NCBI GenBank assembly: GCA_964016885.1
Contig: OZ024740.1
Location: 399,404,001 to 399,468,000, forward strand
From: Eledone cirrhosa
Lineage: Eukaryota
Length of the DNA: 64,000 nt
Direction of reading: 5' to 3'
Positions within the stretch are counted from its first letter, which is position 1; every line of letters begins with the position of its first letter. Under the pieces are notes generated by a model. That model made no database searches, was not told the origin of the DNA, and was given only the letters and a program-made list of their open reading frames with translations. Made by a program: the position numbers and the translations under genes. This document shows positions 25,790-39,530 of this stretch, piece by piece.

Positions 25790-26490
25790 TTTTAGCACGG
25801 CAGCTGGGCAAGTTTTTTGTAGTACAGTAAACTGCCAGTCAGCATGGGCTTGTAATATCTTTATGAGGTTCAGTTTCTTGAGAGTACTTTTCAGAACTTT
25901 GTCCCATATCTTCTTTGGTCGCCCTCTTCCATAGGTTCTATTTATTTCAAGCATTCTGCATTTCTTTGTGAAACTCTCATTCTCATTATACATATGTCCA
26001 TACTAGTGCAACTGTCTTTCTTGCACACTACCTCTGATTCCTCTTATATTTGGCTTTTCCTTTAAGCTCATTTGTGCTCCATCATTTATGCACACAAACA
26101 TTACTCATCAAGCAAAGCCTGCATGTTTTATTTCTATCCAATTTTTGCAGATATTCTACATTCATGAACCACAACTTATTACCATGCAGCATAACAATTT
26201 GAACACAAGCATCATAAAATCTGCTCTTGAGAGAGAAACTCTTTGTTGCCAGCAGGGATAATAACTTCCTGGACAATGTCCACTACATTTTCAATTTGGC
26301 TATAACACTTTCTGTGCACCCAGATCCACTGATAATGAGGTCACCTGGATAGCAAAAACTAATACTTCTAGTAAATATTTTGAACATTTGAAGTAATTTA
26401 TGTCATGAGTACCCTAGAGTTTTCCTGTGCATGGAGTCTACCTTCTTTGTTAGCCTACCCACAATCCCACTATACCTCTTGTGTGTCCAT
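25790..26490 (-). mobile_element. RTE 3' remnant
   Basis: GRGRPKKIWD and YDACVQIVMLHG. Confidence 0.72.
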
Positions 26491-26954
26491 TAGCAAAGGA
26501 AAAAATATATAACTCAATTTGTATGTGGAGAATTACATATGATAGTATATAATTGTCAAACAGTTTCAGAATTAGCTCAATGTTTATCTATTATTGATCT
26601 GAAGAAAAAGGAGATTTTTTTAAAGGGAAAAATAAATAGCAAGCCTTTGGTTATGTCAGTATCTAGGCTTACAATGGCCTTCATTTTTTTGTAAGGTGGG
26701 AATTAACTTTGGTTATGTTCTGTTTTAATTTAATATAATTTTTAAATGCCTGTGAAGAAAGAGTAGCATATAATTTGTTTATTTTTTAATATTTTTTATG
26801 TATTTATTTTTGCTTATACAAGTTACTCATAACATCCTTTCAGTAATTCTCTGTATAATGCATACTCTCAAAACATGTGTATGGTAGTTAAAATGTTTTA
26901 ATACTAATTTTGTATGTCTATTTTTGCTTATAATGGGGATTTAGATCAATACAA

Positions 26955-28003
26955 TGCTAAAAGCATATGACCACATTCCTTGGGACCAGCTGTGGAAGAT
27001 TCTGCAGGAGTATGAGGTCAAAGGTCAGCTTCTTGTTGCCTTGATGTCTCTATATGAATGCTTGAGTATTTGTGTTTGGATAAATGGTGCTAAATCAAAA
27101 CCATTCAATGTGGGAGTCGGCCAAAGGGTAAGTACTGTTACCTCCCCTGTTCATTATTTTCATGAACTGGATTGATATGCACAGCCGGATTGGAAGTAGT
27201 ATCACAAGTGGCAGGTGTAAAATCAGTTGTTTGGAATTTGCAGTCGATATGATGTTACTTAACTTGACAGAGGGCGACCTCTGACTTGCACTTGATAGGT
27301 TTGATGCTGAGTGCTGCATGGCTGGAATGAAAATCAGTTCTGCAAAAACTGAGACACTCCTCCTCTCAAGGAAGCCTGCGCAGTGCACTCTACATGTGAA
27401 TGGAGTTCCACTGAAGCAGGTGGAGATGTTCAAGTATCTCGGATCCATGTTCATGATTGATGGAAGGCAGGAGGCTGAATTAAGTGCAAGAATTGCAGGA
27501 GCTGGTGCAGTAATGTGCCAGCTTCAGTATTCGGTAATCAGAAGAAGGGAAGTAGATGTAAAAGCCAAACTTGTTATCTTCAATTAGGTATTCATGCCAA
27601 CCTTTACATATAGTCATGAATCTTAGGTTATGACTGAATACGATCGCGAATACAAGCGGGGTGCCTCTGAAGGGTCTTTGGGGTAATGTTACTTGATTGA
27701 GTGCATAGCTCGGAGATCAGTGAGTCACTCCAGGTAGAGAGATCAGTTCTGATACTATGGCATGTAGTTAGAATGTCTAAGGAAAGAATTGCCGGACAAA
27801 TTTTATGGGTAAAATAAACTAGCAAGTAGATGCCGAGCAAGATGATTGGATAATATCCATGAGCTTGGCTGGTCTTGCTTGGGGATCCAGCCGGATCAGT
27901 TGGAGACAGTTGTTTCTGACTGGACCTGTCGGAAGGAGCGTTTGAGGACTCTGCCCCCATGACCCTCTCAGGAATATGTGGGCAAAGAAGAAGAAGAAGA
28001 AAG
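26955..28003 (+). mobile_element. RTE (Expander/Rex3-like) 3' remnant with (GAA)n tail
   Basis: LKAYDHIP, AGMKISSAKTE, VEMFKYLG. Confidence 0.75.
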
Positions 28004-28338
28004 TAAAGACTCCTTTCAGTCATGAATGACCATGGGATTTACTCCTAGAAAATTCCCTTATTAAGCACAAGTCCAGACAAGGTTGATTGTAGAAGACCAA
28101 CAGTTGCCTATGCATACCAGTCTCCCTTATCCACACTACTGTTATCAAAAGGAAAGACAAAAGCCTATATAACTTGGCACCAGAGACATCGCAACTCATT
28201 TCTACAGCTGAGTAAACTGGAGCAACGTGAAATAAAGTGTCTTGCTCAAGGACACAATGCATCCCCTGGTGTGGGAATCAAACTCACAACTTCAAGATTG
28301 CAACCCACACTACTCTAATCAGGTAGCCATGCACCCTC
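28004..28338 (-). mobile_element. tRNA-derived SINE (family 2)
   Basis: tRNA-like head with B-box-like GAGTTTGATTCC, then GTGTCCTTGAGCAAGACACTTTATTTCAC. Shared with about 48290-48380 and 50199-50330. Confidence 0.75.
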
Positions 28339-28777
28339 ATATATATATACACACACTCAGACATAATGGGTTTTCATAGGGAAATGGAAAGGGACCACAG
28401 TTAAATAAGGTACTCAATACATTAAGTAGAGAGAACATTGTATCCAATGTTCTATCCAAATCCCCTCTTTTTCATAAATTACAAGTGGTGTTAAAAGGCT
28501 CTGGAAATATACAACAATAAAATCTACAGAAAACCTATAAATTTTGTATATAATTCAGCAAGCATTCTTAAATTGTTTACTGGCAAGGTGTACTAAATAA
28601 GATATAATGTAATGAATATGAAGTTAATAAAAATCCAAACGATTGCATGCTTAATAACAAAAATCCAGATTTTGGAAGAAAAATTAAAGTGGAAAAAGAA
28701 AAAAAATATAGAGATAAAAATTTAAAATATTTTATGCACAGATGTACTTTGAAGCAAGCAAAACATTTTATTGTTAA

Positions 28778-29003
28778 CTCTTTTGATACCAGCACACCAA
28801 AAAATCACCCCTGGTTTTTACAGTTCTGCAATTTTTAAAGTGGTCATATTTATATCAAAACCTTTCATCATAATTTTATGTAAGAACGTTTTGTTAAGTA
28901 ATGCTCTGAACATCTGCTTAATCATCAAATATTTTTTATTATTTTCAAAATTAATTGAAAGATATAGTTAGTGTATTTCATTGGAAATATGGTAATAAAA
29001 GGG
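28778..29003. mobile_element. piggyBac-like MITE
   Basis: TTAA on both sides (28774-28777, 29004-29007) and imperfect TIRs CTCTTTTGATACC / GGTAATAAAAGGG. Related ends at about 36289 and 54168-54778. Confidence 0.65.
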
Positions 29004-31263
29004 TTAAAAACTAAAGGAAAATAAACTAAGATATGTTTTTTCAAGGTATAGATGATCTACATTTATGGCAAGGTCCCAGGACATTATTCCTAAGCTTTAA
29101 CCAATCAAACATAAAAAATGTTGATTATGAGAAAGACTGCATAATTTTCAATTATAACAGATATGAAATTATGAGGTTTGTATTTAGTTCTCCATATTTT
29201 TTATGTAATAAAACAAAATGTGGAGAATTTCTTAATGATTGTTAACATTTCCTTTTGTGCTAATTTTGTTATAGCTCACATCTATGTAAGTTAAGCTGGC
29301 TTCATATAAAATCAAAAATCTACATATTTGCAAGGAAGTTTTGTGCAAATAAAGAAAAAGTAAAATAAATAAGAGAGCAAATCAAAAAGATAAACACAAT
29401 ATAATGGCAGTGACATAAACAGAATTTAAAAGAATTTGGTGGCAAAATGAAACCAAAATACAACAAAGCACAGAATTTTTGTTATGTCCAGAAAAAACAC
29501 GAACAGACTATTTGACTATGGACCTGGTAGAAGAAATACTTTCAGACACATCAAAACAACCACAGAGCATGCATATACTTTACCATAGTTGTGGCATTAG
29601 GGTTGAAATAGAAATTTATACATACACTACAAAAGAGAAGAGGATCAAAACATATGACAAGAGAAAAAAAGCATTACACTGGGATGATATGGGAATTGAT
29701 AATGATGAGGAAGATGACAAAGATAACTATAGTCTTTGCTGATGAGAACGTTTCTTTTTTTCATTTCATTTCTTGACCATTTGGTAAATCTTTAAGAAAA
29801 TTCCATGGGAATTTTACAACCTAGCACTACATATATAACTTTCTCAAGTTAATTGATGAAAAATTAAAAGGTCCTTGGCAGAATCAAGGCTGAAATTGTC
29901 AACATCCAAACACAACTCCTCAGTTTCCAATTAATTCAATGTTTACCAATGATTTGCCTTTCTCAGCTTCTTAAATTTGTAGCAAGATTTATTAAAGAAG
30001 AAATAGTTTAATAAACAGATAGAAACTCTTCATGCATTCACTTGAGGAAAGGCTTTGGAATTTTAGGAGTTAATTAGGAATTTCATTCATAGTTTTATTT
30101 ATTCATTTTAATGGATTGAACTGGAGGAGGGGACCGACTAATTGATTTTGCAGGCTCTTGAAAATCATTGAGATTCACATGGCTAACATTCCTCTTCAAC
30201 AGTTCCAAGTCAATGGATGCAGAAAAAACATGTATATGGAGGGAATTCCAGAGATTTAACATTTTGGCACAGGAAGACTAAGTGTAATGATTAGTGCAGG
30301 ACCTGGGGCAGTGGTCACAGTATGGGTGATGAGAGGAGAGGAGACAAGTAGTTTGAGAATGACTGAGTAGGGATGGCATGAGACTAGATAATTCTGAGGA
30401 GAAGAATCCTGTGTAGTAGTGGTAGAAGAGACAGAGAGAAGACAGCATATCTGGTGATGAGAGGCTGGAATATGTTGGTGAGCAACTTAATGGCAATCTA
30501 TTGGGTGGCCTATTTTTTGAGTTGATTTAGAATGTCTTGTGTATAGCAGCAGCACTGTCCCAGATATTGGAGTAATACTCAATTGTAAATCTTATCTAAA
30601 CTTTGTACAAGCTTATTAATTGATGGGGATTGTAAAATTTTCTGGCTCTGAAGCAGAAGACTCATAACTGTGATATAGTGTTTGCTCAGAGAAACCTTCA
30701 CTGATCATGAGGTCTAGCATTTGTAGCTATCTTGAGAGTTTTTGTTTAGGAGTGGTGGTAAAATAATCTTTTTCTGATATGTGTAATCATTGTGTTATCA
30801 TGCTTTTGTGTATGTTGGTGATAGTGTAGCCTGATATTTGAAACAATCATAAAAAGATATGGCAAAATTGATGGTTCGCATACTGGTGTTATGCTTTGAT
30901 TTTAGCAATAAACAATTACCATACATTGTATGTTTAATTACTTTAAGCAGAAGGAGCACAGTAACATTAATAAGTGTTTTAAAATCATTCGATGCTGAGG
31001 TAAAATTCTCTTTTGTACCTGAACAATAATAAACGCATTCAAAGTGTGGCTTTGTTTTGACCACTTCAATCATGACTATGTCAATGGACATGATAGAAAT
31101 GATTCAAAGCATATATTATAACAAAATGACAAAGTCATAGCTAAATGGTACAGGCATTGTCATTGTGATAAAGGTGTCACAACTAGGTTATGTAGTGGTA
31201 ACGAGGATATATAATCATTGCCATAGTGACAAAGATAAGAAATACAAAATTTTCAAATTATAC

Positions 31264-31481
31264 CTGAAATTTCCTGGGTGTGTTTGGAGAACTTTCCTGA
31301 CTGCTGGTAGGACTTGTAGAATGAGAAGATAAGCTACCAAGGTATAGATCATCACAGGAACCTCCCCAACTTGATCTCATAAATGGCTGGACTTTCATGC
31401 TGTTTGAACTGTTGATTAAGTTGCCTACTGCAGCAACTCGTTTACTTTTGCGTATAGCTTCAGATCGTTCAAAGCTTTCAT
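31264..31481 (-). CDS. Host gene exon (DESFERSEAIRKSKR...SSQESSPNTPRKFQ), Ser-rich
   Basis: Acceptor TCTTTCTTTTTTCCAG, donor CAG|GTATAA, 218 nt, phase 1 to 0, open frame in unique sequence. Confidence 0.82.
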
Positions 31482-33426
31482 CTGGAAAAAAGAAAGATGA
31501 AAACACTATGATTATCAAAAATATAGAACAAATGAACAATGAAAATGTTGCATATTATGAAAGTAAAATTCTATTCATTATGAAGTGGTGAAATAGCCAA
31601 GTCTATCAAATATTGGACTACCAGCTTATAGGTTATGTACATGTTTTATATGGGTATTTCAATTGATTATAGTTTGTTGAACTAAGTCATATTGGATTGG
31701 TTTCTTGTTCAGAACAGGAAACCAATCCAATATGACTTAGTTCAACAAACTATAGAGAAATGTACCAAAGTTTCCCGGAAATGTTTTTCCTCTTCCTCCT
31801 TTTACACCTGTTTTTTTCTATGCTTGCATAGGTTGAATGGCTCTTCTCCAGCACAACTTTTTCCACTCATGGAATTCCTTCATCATCTCCATTGAGAAGT
31901 TCAGTGTTTTGAGATCAGGTCTCACTTCTTCTGTCCAGGTCTTGCTTGGTCTTTTTACACTATAGCTTCTTTCCACTGGGATCTTTTGGCACTTTTTCAC
32001 CTAGTGATCAACATCCATATGCATCAAATGTCCATTACCAGTACAATCTCTTTTGTGCACTAAATCTGATTCCTCCTATGCCTAGTTTTTCTCTCAGTTT
32101 ATTGTCTCTAATATGTCCTCATAAAAACAATCTTTTTGTTCTTTACTTAACCTTGATTGTAGTGAATAGGTGGAGATAACTGCTATTTTTCTATTGCCTA
32201 TGGCTATTCAGTGTTTCATAATTCTTTTACTTAATCTAACTCCCTAAATTACCTTTCCTATCCACTTCTCAGTAAGAAAAGTATCCAGGAGAGTTTATAT
32301 CTGTGAGGAGTTTGGCTTAGACTCCTCTTCATTTCACAGCAGCTCTACAATTTCACTCGACTACCTCTTATGCCAAGTGAGTGGCAGCCCTGAAATATGT
32401 TACCCTACAGTAAAGGAGAAACTGTGTGGAAGCCTGTCAGATGGATTATACCTATAATTCAAAAGGTTAGCTTTGTCACACATACTGTATGATGCTGATT
32501 TGTCCTGAGAGTTACATTAAGGGTACATATATCTGAGGAATATTCAGTTACTTACATGTTAATTTAACAAGTAAGCATTTCAATTGATAAAACAACTAAA
32601 TGCTCATCATCAAAATTGACAGAAGATTCATCATCAATGTCAGGGAAGAATATATTTAGTATGTACATATTTTATCAATCTTGGACGGATGGATGAATGA
32701 ATGAATGGGAATATATGCTTTAGTGGGATTCAAACTCAAAATATAGAAGAACAAATCATGATATCCACATCCTGAGATGGTAAGTAACTTATTTGGGAGG
32801 CAATCTACAGTGATACTTTCTCCAGTGGCAACCTGGTTAAATCAGCATCAAACTTAAGCTTTGTCACATGACAGACTGAAGATTGCAGGCTGATAAAGAG
32901 TTGACTATTCAGATAGGATTTTTTGCTGAACCCATAGTGGTAGAAACATCTGTCATTCTGGGCTTCCAATCTACTTCCCTACTCACTTTGATGGAGATGG
33001 CCATCCACAAGAATGAGCCCTTTCAGTACATCTCCCTCACTATTGTCTGGGGTAATTGATTCATTAGTCTGTCTGCTGGGATCGTGAAGCAATTATAAGA
33101 TTCTTTTTGATGAATTTGATTAAATGGCACCAAATTACAAAACATTTTTCTAATAAGAAGAACAAAAGTAAATACAGTAAAACATCTAGTCCAGAAGTCT
33201 CCATCTTTCACTCTATTACCTTCAACAATAAAGACTTCTAACATTATTGAACTTATCACCAGACAAATATTTACCAAACCTAGAATGATGACAGGCAAAG
33301 TTTTATTGACACACTCTCCTTCTAAGAACAACTAGGACTTATTATTTTTAGTAGTAGTAGTAGTAGATAAAATAATCCATCATTATTTTAATTTTAAAAT
33401 ATTGTGATAATTGAAATTTTACTCAC

Positions 33427-33459
33427 CAAAAGGTTTCACAGAACGAGTTTGTAAAAGTT
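33427..33459 (-). CDS. Host gene 33-nt symmetric microexon ((E)LLQTRSVKPF(D))
   Basis: Acceptor TTCTCTCTCTTTATAG, donor G|GTGAGT, phase 1-1. Its last G completes the GAT (Asp) codon with the next exon. Confidence 0.75.
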
Positions 33460-34329
33460 CTATAAAGAGAGAGAATAAAAATAAATGAACTCATTATGTT
33501 GAATGTAAATTTAGGTACAGAACCAAACATATTTTGGGAAGGCTATATTGCTGGTACTTATTTGTTCAACCATGGATGGATGAAAGGCAAAGTCAAACTC
33601 AGTAGGATTTGAATTCAGAAAGTTAAAAAAATGTTAACTAAATATATAAGAAAATTTGTTCTTCCAATTCATTGTGCCTGCAGATTAATGGATACTATTA
33701 AGATAGAAAGGAATTAAGAATGTAAAGAGATATTATTAGTAAATGAAACAAAATATACTAAACATTCTTTGTCTATCTGTCTGTTTGCCCCCCCCCCCCC
33801 CCCATGCATGTGCATTGTTTACCCATGTTTTTCAGGTGATGTATTTTTACTTGTATACATATTTCATTTTTTTTAAATTTTACATAAGATTGTACGTATG
33901 TAAGTATCTATATATGTATATAGGTGGAAATACTCAGTTTAGTGCCCAAGATTATGATTAGTCTACCAAGAGTGAGAGACCCTAGTTCTTGTTAGGACAT
34001 CATTCTAGGAGAAGGAAAACTCTGAAATGAAACCTGAGATTTGATGGCAGTCAATGATGTTGAACTGTTCTTGTTTTTGGATACCTGTTACCATTGTTCA
34101 AAGACTGGGATTGGTCCAGTGCAAACTCTTTCTTCAGCTTAAAAAAACTTCAAGCACAGGCATTACTTGCATTGCATGAGCATGACCATTTCTCTTTTCT
34201 TTTGCTGCAGTATATATACAGAAAGGAATCTAAGTTGTTGGCAGGGCTAAAAAGTTATGTTTGTGCCACCCATGTATGAAAGAAAGGTCAAGGGATGGCA
34301 AGTCTTGAAATAGATGCAGCCATTATATA

Positions 34330-34860
34330 GGTGGATATTACATGTGTATATTTGTGCCATGCACATATGTTGAATGCGTTGATCTGGAAAAGGACTTAGA
34401 CCAGGTCCCATGCTTGATAATCTGGTAGGTACTAAGAAGAATAACAGTAAAAGAATAGTTTGAAGGGGTGGCAGTTAGGAAGGTGAGAGTAGAGAATGAG
34501 TACAGTGATGAATTTAGTGTGTAGGAAAGAGTCCATCAAGGCCCAAGGCTCAGTCCCAGTCCACTGCTATAGTTAGAGGAGCTTAAGACTGGCTGATCAT
34601 GGGAGCTTGTGTTTGCAAATGATCTAGGTCTTACAACTGAAACCCCAAAGGAGCTTAAGAGGAAATTCCCTACTTGAAAACAAAGCCTGGAATCAAAAGC
34701 TTTGAAGTAAACTAAGGGAAGACTAAATTGTTATTAAGTAGGAAGGAAGATTTGACCCTAATACAGTCAAGGAAGTGGTTCTGCTTGGTATGCAGAAAAG
34801 AAAGAGCCAGAAATTCCATACATTATACCAAGTGTAACCATGGTTATAGCAGGAAGCATT
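34330..34860 (+). mobile_element. RTE RT remnant
   Basis: Decayed VDLEK..D.VP, VHQG and TG.SWEL motifs. Confidence 0.6.
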
Positions 34861-35438
34861 GACTGAAATCTTTGTTCTTTCATTAGTCTCTATGCTTTTT
34901 ATAAGTTTGCTCATATAGAGTCAGTGAGGAGATACTTAATATAAATAAAATTAAAAATCCTGGAAATAGCAATGAAAAGCAAGGCAAAAGCTGGGCTAAG
35001 TGGAAGAATGAGGATAATATTTTATCATAAACAAAACAATTAAAACAATCGAGGAAGGATAGGTTACTGCTAAGAGCAAAGTTATGAATACAATAGTGAG
35101 AACGCTGTGAACATACCAAGACTAACCATAGACTGCATGCATGGCATGCTTGCATCCCCACTCTCATAAAATACATTAAGTGCCACAGACAAACTTATGT
35201 TGACATCAACAGAATGAGCAAGTGAATTATCAAATTTGCTGTCTGTGACATCCTTAATGTAAAGTGAAAAGTTCAATAGATTTAAATACTTTAAATTATT
35301 ATTGTTCTATAAGCATGACAAATTAGCAGAAACAGTAAAGTATGAGATTAAATGGTTTTCATTGCTAAATTCAAATCCTTCTGGAATTGACATTGCATAT
35401 TTTAATCCCACAGTTTTGTGACTTGTAAAAAGAAAACA

Positions 35439-35624
35439 TGGATTGGCAGTATCGGTAGAGGGTCGGACGCCATGCTTTCCAGCATAGTTACGTCCCTTTA
35501 CGATCTGAGTTCAAATCCCGCCGAGGTTGACTTTGCTTTTCATCCTTACAGGGTCGATAAAATAAAGTACCAGTAATGCACTGGGTAATTGCTGGCCTTG
35601 TGCCTAAAGTAGAAACAATTATTA
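35439..35624 (+). mobile_element. SINE family 1
   Basis: Reverse-complement homolog of 10579-10772. Confidence 0.88.
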
Positions 35625-36004
35625 TATTTTAATTAATTGTTCATTTAATTTTCCAAGCAAATCCAGATTAAAGATCTAATAAACATTTCAGGGTTGTTCT
35701 CTTTGCGTTTTTGTACCAAAATTAATAATTTAAATAATAACTTGTTCTTATCAGTAACAGTGGAGTATAAATTAAAATTTCTTGGCTCATAATCAAGTAT
35801 GCTAGTGTATACAGTACAATAGGTTCTACAGTGATAAAATAGTCAGCAATAAATCCAGTATTCCTTGTCCAAGATGCTAGTTTATTGCTGGATTTGTTAC
35901 TACAATATAGTTTAACTATAGTTAACAAATGCATAAAACTGCACCTAAACCTTTCATCATAATTTTAGGTGAGAAGATTTTAAGTTATGTTAAAAATACC
36001 AGCT

Positions 36005-36192
36005 TAATAATTGTTTCTACTTTTGGCACAAGGCCAGCAATTACCTAGTGCATTACTGGCACTTTATTTTATCGACCCCGTAAGGATGAAAGGCAAAGTT
36101 AACCTCGGCGGGATTTGAACTCAGAATGGCAAGGGCCATAACTCTATGCGTCAAAGCATGGCGTCCGACCCTCTACCGATACCGCCAATCCA
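36005..36192 (-). mobile_element. SINE family 1, nested in a piggyBac-like MITE remnant
   Basis: Near-identical to 10579-10772; MITE end GGTAATGAAAGGGTTAA near 36289. Confidence 0.88.
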
Positions 36193-37561
36193 CAATAATG
36201 AAAGTTTCGTTATAAATCCCTACAAATTCTTAATGATTGAAAATTATAAGCAGTGGTTTCCATTAGAAATATGGTAATGAAAGGGTTAAACAAATTTTAA
36301 GTAACTACATGCACTGTTAATTTTTCCAACCAAGACGATAGTTGTTTTCATTCTTAATTTAATCTGGAACTAATTCTGTTAGTTTGTTAGTAAGACATAT
36401 TTGTCATGAATTGAATGAATAAACTATCAAAAGGCATATAAATATCTAAGGATTTCACATCACATAAATTAATGACCTCATGGAAATTTAACTCAATAAT
36501 AAAGGATTGATGATAATAATGACTTAGGTACAAGGTCAATGTTTGAATCATAGTAGATTATTTGAGTCTTCATAACACATCACATGTGTCATTGAGTAGG
36601 GAACTGTGCAAACCCAACATATCAATAAAGAAGTGATTCAAAATTAAAGCTCCCTCATTTCCAAGTTGTTCTTAACTATATTTGCTTATCAAACTTTATA
36701 TTTTATTTATATATTGTATTCTTACACACTATTTAAGCAAAGAGAAAATAAACTTTTATCATTGTTTCAAGTTTTTTTTCTGCTTTTCATAATGTTATCT
36801 TTTGATAAAGCAGACAAACAATTTTTAGAGGAAGAGTGTATCATCATCATCATCATCATCACCGTTTTACGTCCATTCTTCCACGCTAGCATGGGTTATA
36901 TCATAGCTTGAATCAACTGTAGTATATAAGTGACACTTATTGTATTGCCTCTTGATAAATAAAAGTAAAGTAAATGCTGGCAAGACTAGAATTCAAAGTT
37001 GCAGTGAGCTAAACTTAAACACCTTAAGATATTTAGTCTTACAATATGTTAGTGTGCACAGAGAAAAAGAGTCATTTAACACTTTGAGTAGAGGTCTTCT
37101 TGTCTCAGTATATTATCATATTTTAACCATAACATACTATGATCAATCATATCTGATTATTACATATCACCTAACATTCTATTGTTGCTGACTTCACCTC
37201 TTGATATATATTATATGATATCCCGAAAGTTGAAAAGTTCTGGTTGGTCTGAACAGAATTTAAACCACAGCCCTCTGATCTGAACTATTATTCCTGATGC
37301 ACTTAATCTTCTTTTTACCAGCCATTTTATTACTAAAACAGTCGATTTAAATTTCTCTCTTTAATAAGTATCATGAAATTTGGTAAACTGTTCCTGATTA
37401 AGATAACTGCATGTATACACATGATTAATTCATGAAATATATTCAGCTATCTATGTGCAATGTTCTATACTGAAATTGGATTTGATTGAAGAAATGTTTT
37501 GTAACACCAAAAGAAAACCAACAATTAATGAAACAAAAATTAATGGTAAAAATCAACTTAC

Positions 37562-37577
37562 CGAATACCGACAGCAT
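37562..37577 (-). CDS. Candidate first coding exon of the host gene (MLSVF, phase 1)
   Basis: ATGCTGTCGGTATTCG|GTAAGT: consensus donor, phase matches the microexon, in-frame TAA immediately before the ATG, no nearby acceptor. Confidence 0.5.
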
Positions 37578-37972
37578 TTAAATATATTAAAACAAAATAA
37601 AAAATAAAATACTATAGTCATAAAGTGCCCCAAAATGGGTGGGATTATCACATACATGCACATAACAGTGAAACCAAGCTGCATTTATTAATTTTTATAT
37701 TTTTCCTTAAATACACTAAAGGAAATTATATCTCCATTCTTTACAAACTTAATGGGCTCTAAGAAAGAAAGAACAACTCAAAACATGACTAAACTAGTAA
37801 ACATTGCCATTTAATTAAACACATCCATCCCCACCATCCCTGAATCTTCGCCTATTTATAGTGTCTCTGTTGTTGAAAATTTAGTCTTGTTTGATGATAA
37901 CCAGAGAAGCACTTAGCCATTAAATGAACACACACATATATATATATATATATACATACACACATATATATA

Positions 37973-38070
<98 letters not shown>

Positions 38071-38071
<1 letters not shown>

Positions 38072-38660
38072 CGTGATGCGCATGAAAGACGACAGTTGTA
38101 TAAAAAAATACAGGGCGATCAAAATTGAAAAAACCTGGGACGATTGATAAATTCCGACCTCACACACTTACACCTCTCTAAGACAATGTCACTGGACCGA
38201 GAGCTTTGGCGCTACGTAGTAATACAGAAGACCTGCCTTGCCTATGTACAAAGCGAAACCTACAGTTAGTAAGGCACCTCCTAACCAAATATATACCCCA
38301 TCCCACTACCCCTACTCCACCCCACTCCCACCAACACCACCCTTTCTCTGTAAAGTTATGTTGGTACCACAACATCCAGTCCAACATAAATGAGGTCGTG
38401 TAGGCGTCACGACAAAAAAAAAAAAACACAGTCCATGCTGTAATGTGGCCATGTAGGTAACACGGTAAAAACCTCCCAGTTCCACACTGTAAACGTGGTT
38501 GGTGTTAGGAAGGGCATCCAGCTGTAGAAAACCTGCCAGACAGCCCTATACGAGTGAGACATGGTCACCTGACCAATCTTGCCTCAAGTAGGACAAATTC
38601 CCGTCTAAACCCATGCTAGTGTGGAAGATAGACGTTAAAAGTTGATGATGTTGATGATGA
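38071..38660 (+). mobile_element. RTE 3' fragment with (GAT)n tail inside (TA)n
   Basis: Close match to 52972-53525 with a small internal deletion. Confidence 0.88.
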
Positions 38661-38677
38661 TATATATATATATATAA

Positions 38678-39460
38678 GTCAGCTTAAAGAAGACAGAGAT
38701 ACTCTACCAGCCTGCACCTCACGAAGAGTACCACTCCCCCCACATTACCACTGGTGAAACTGAATTGAAAACGGCTTATCGGTTCACCTACCTGGGGTGC
38801 ACCATCACATCAGATACTAAGATTGACAAAGAAATCAACAACACACGAGTGCATTTGACTGTACAACAAACACTTGAAGAAGGTACCAAGATTAGCATGA
38901 ACAGAGGCATTGTCCTTACAACCCTCCTATATGGCTCTGAGCCATATAGGAGGGTTGTAACCACCTTCGACTCCTCGACTGCTTCCACACTATCCTCAAC
39001 TTTCACTGGAGTAACTTCATCAACAATGTTGATGTCCTTGAACAGGGAGAGGTCAACAGCATCAAGGCCATTCTGCTAAAGTCCCAGCTATGCTGGGCAG
39101 GGCATGTCTCCAAGATCATTACCTGTCCAGGATCACACTATACAGCGAAGTCTCTATTGGTCATCCTGACAGTGGGGCAAGGAAGAAGTTATACAAAAAC
39201 TGTTTGAAAAAAATCTCATGGTGCTTGTCACATTAACCATTACCAGTGGTCTATCTGAGCTGAGGATCATGATGCCTGGCAACTCACCATCAACCATACT
39301 GTCCCCGCCTTCAAAAACACCCACAGAGCCATCCTCAATGACAAAAAGTGCAGGAAGAGGAAGAATCACAAAGCCATATCATCAAACCCTGACCAGACCT
39401 TCAGCTGCAGCCAACGTGGACCACCCGCATCATAATCTTTGTTCACGAAGCCAAGCCATG
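38678..39460 (+). mobile_element. RTE (BovB-like) 3' remnant
   Basis: FTYLGCTITSD..IDKEI, TTLLYGSE, QL.WAGHV. Confidence 0.75.
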
Positions 39461-39530
39461 ATGATATATATATACATACACACACACATATACACATATA
39501 TATGTACATATATATATACGTATACATATA

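Noticed and set aside
35127-35165. Possible extra 36-nt phase 1-1 exon (EWGCKHAMHAVY) with GCATG motifs
   Set aside because: Weak polypyrimidine tract and donor; unsupported without transcripts.
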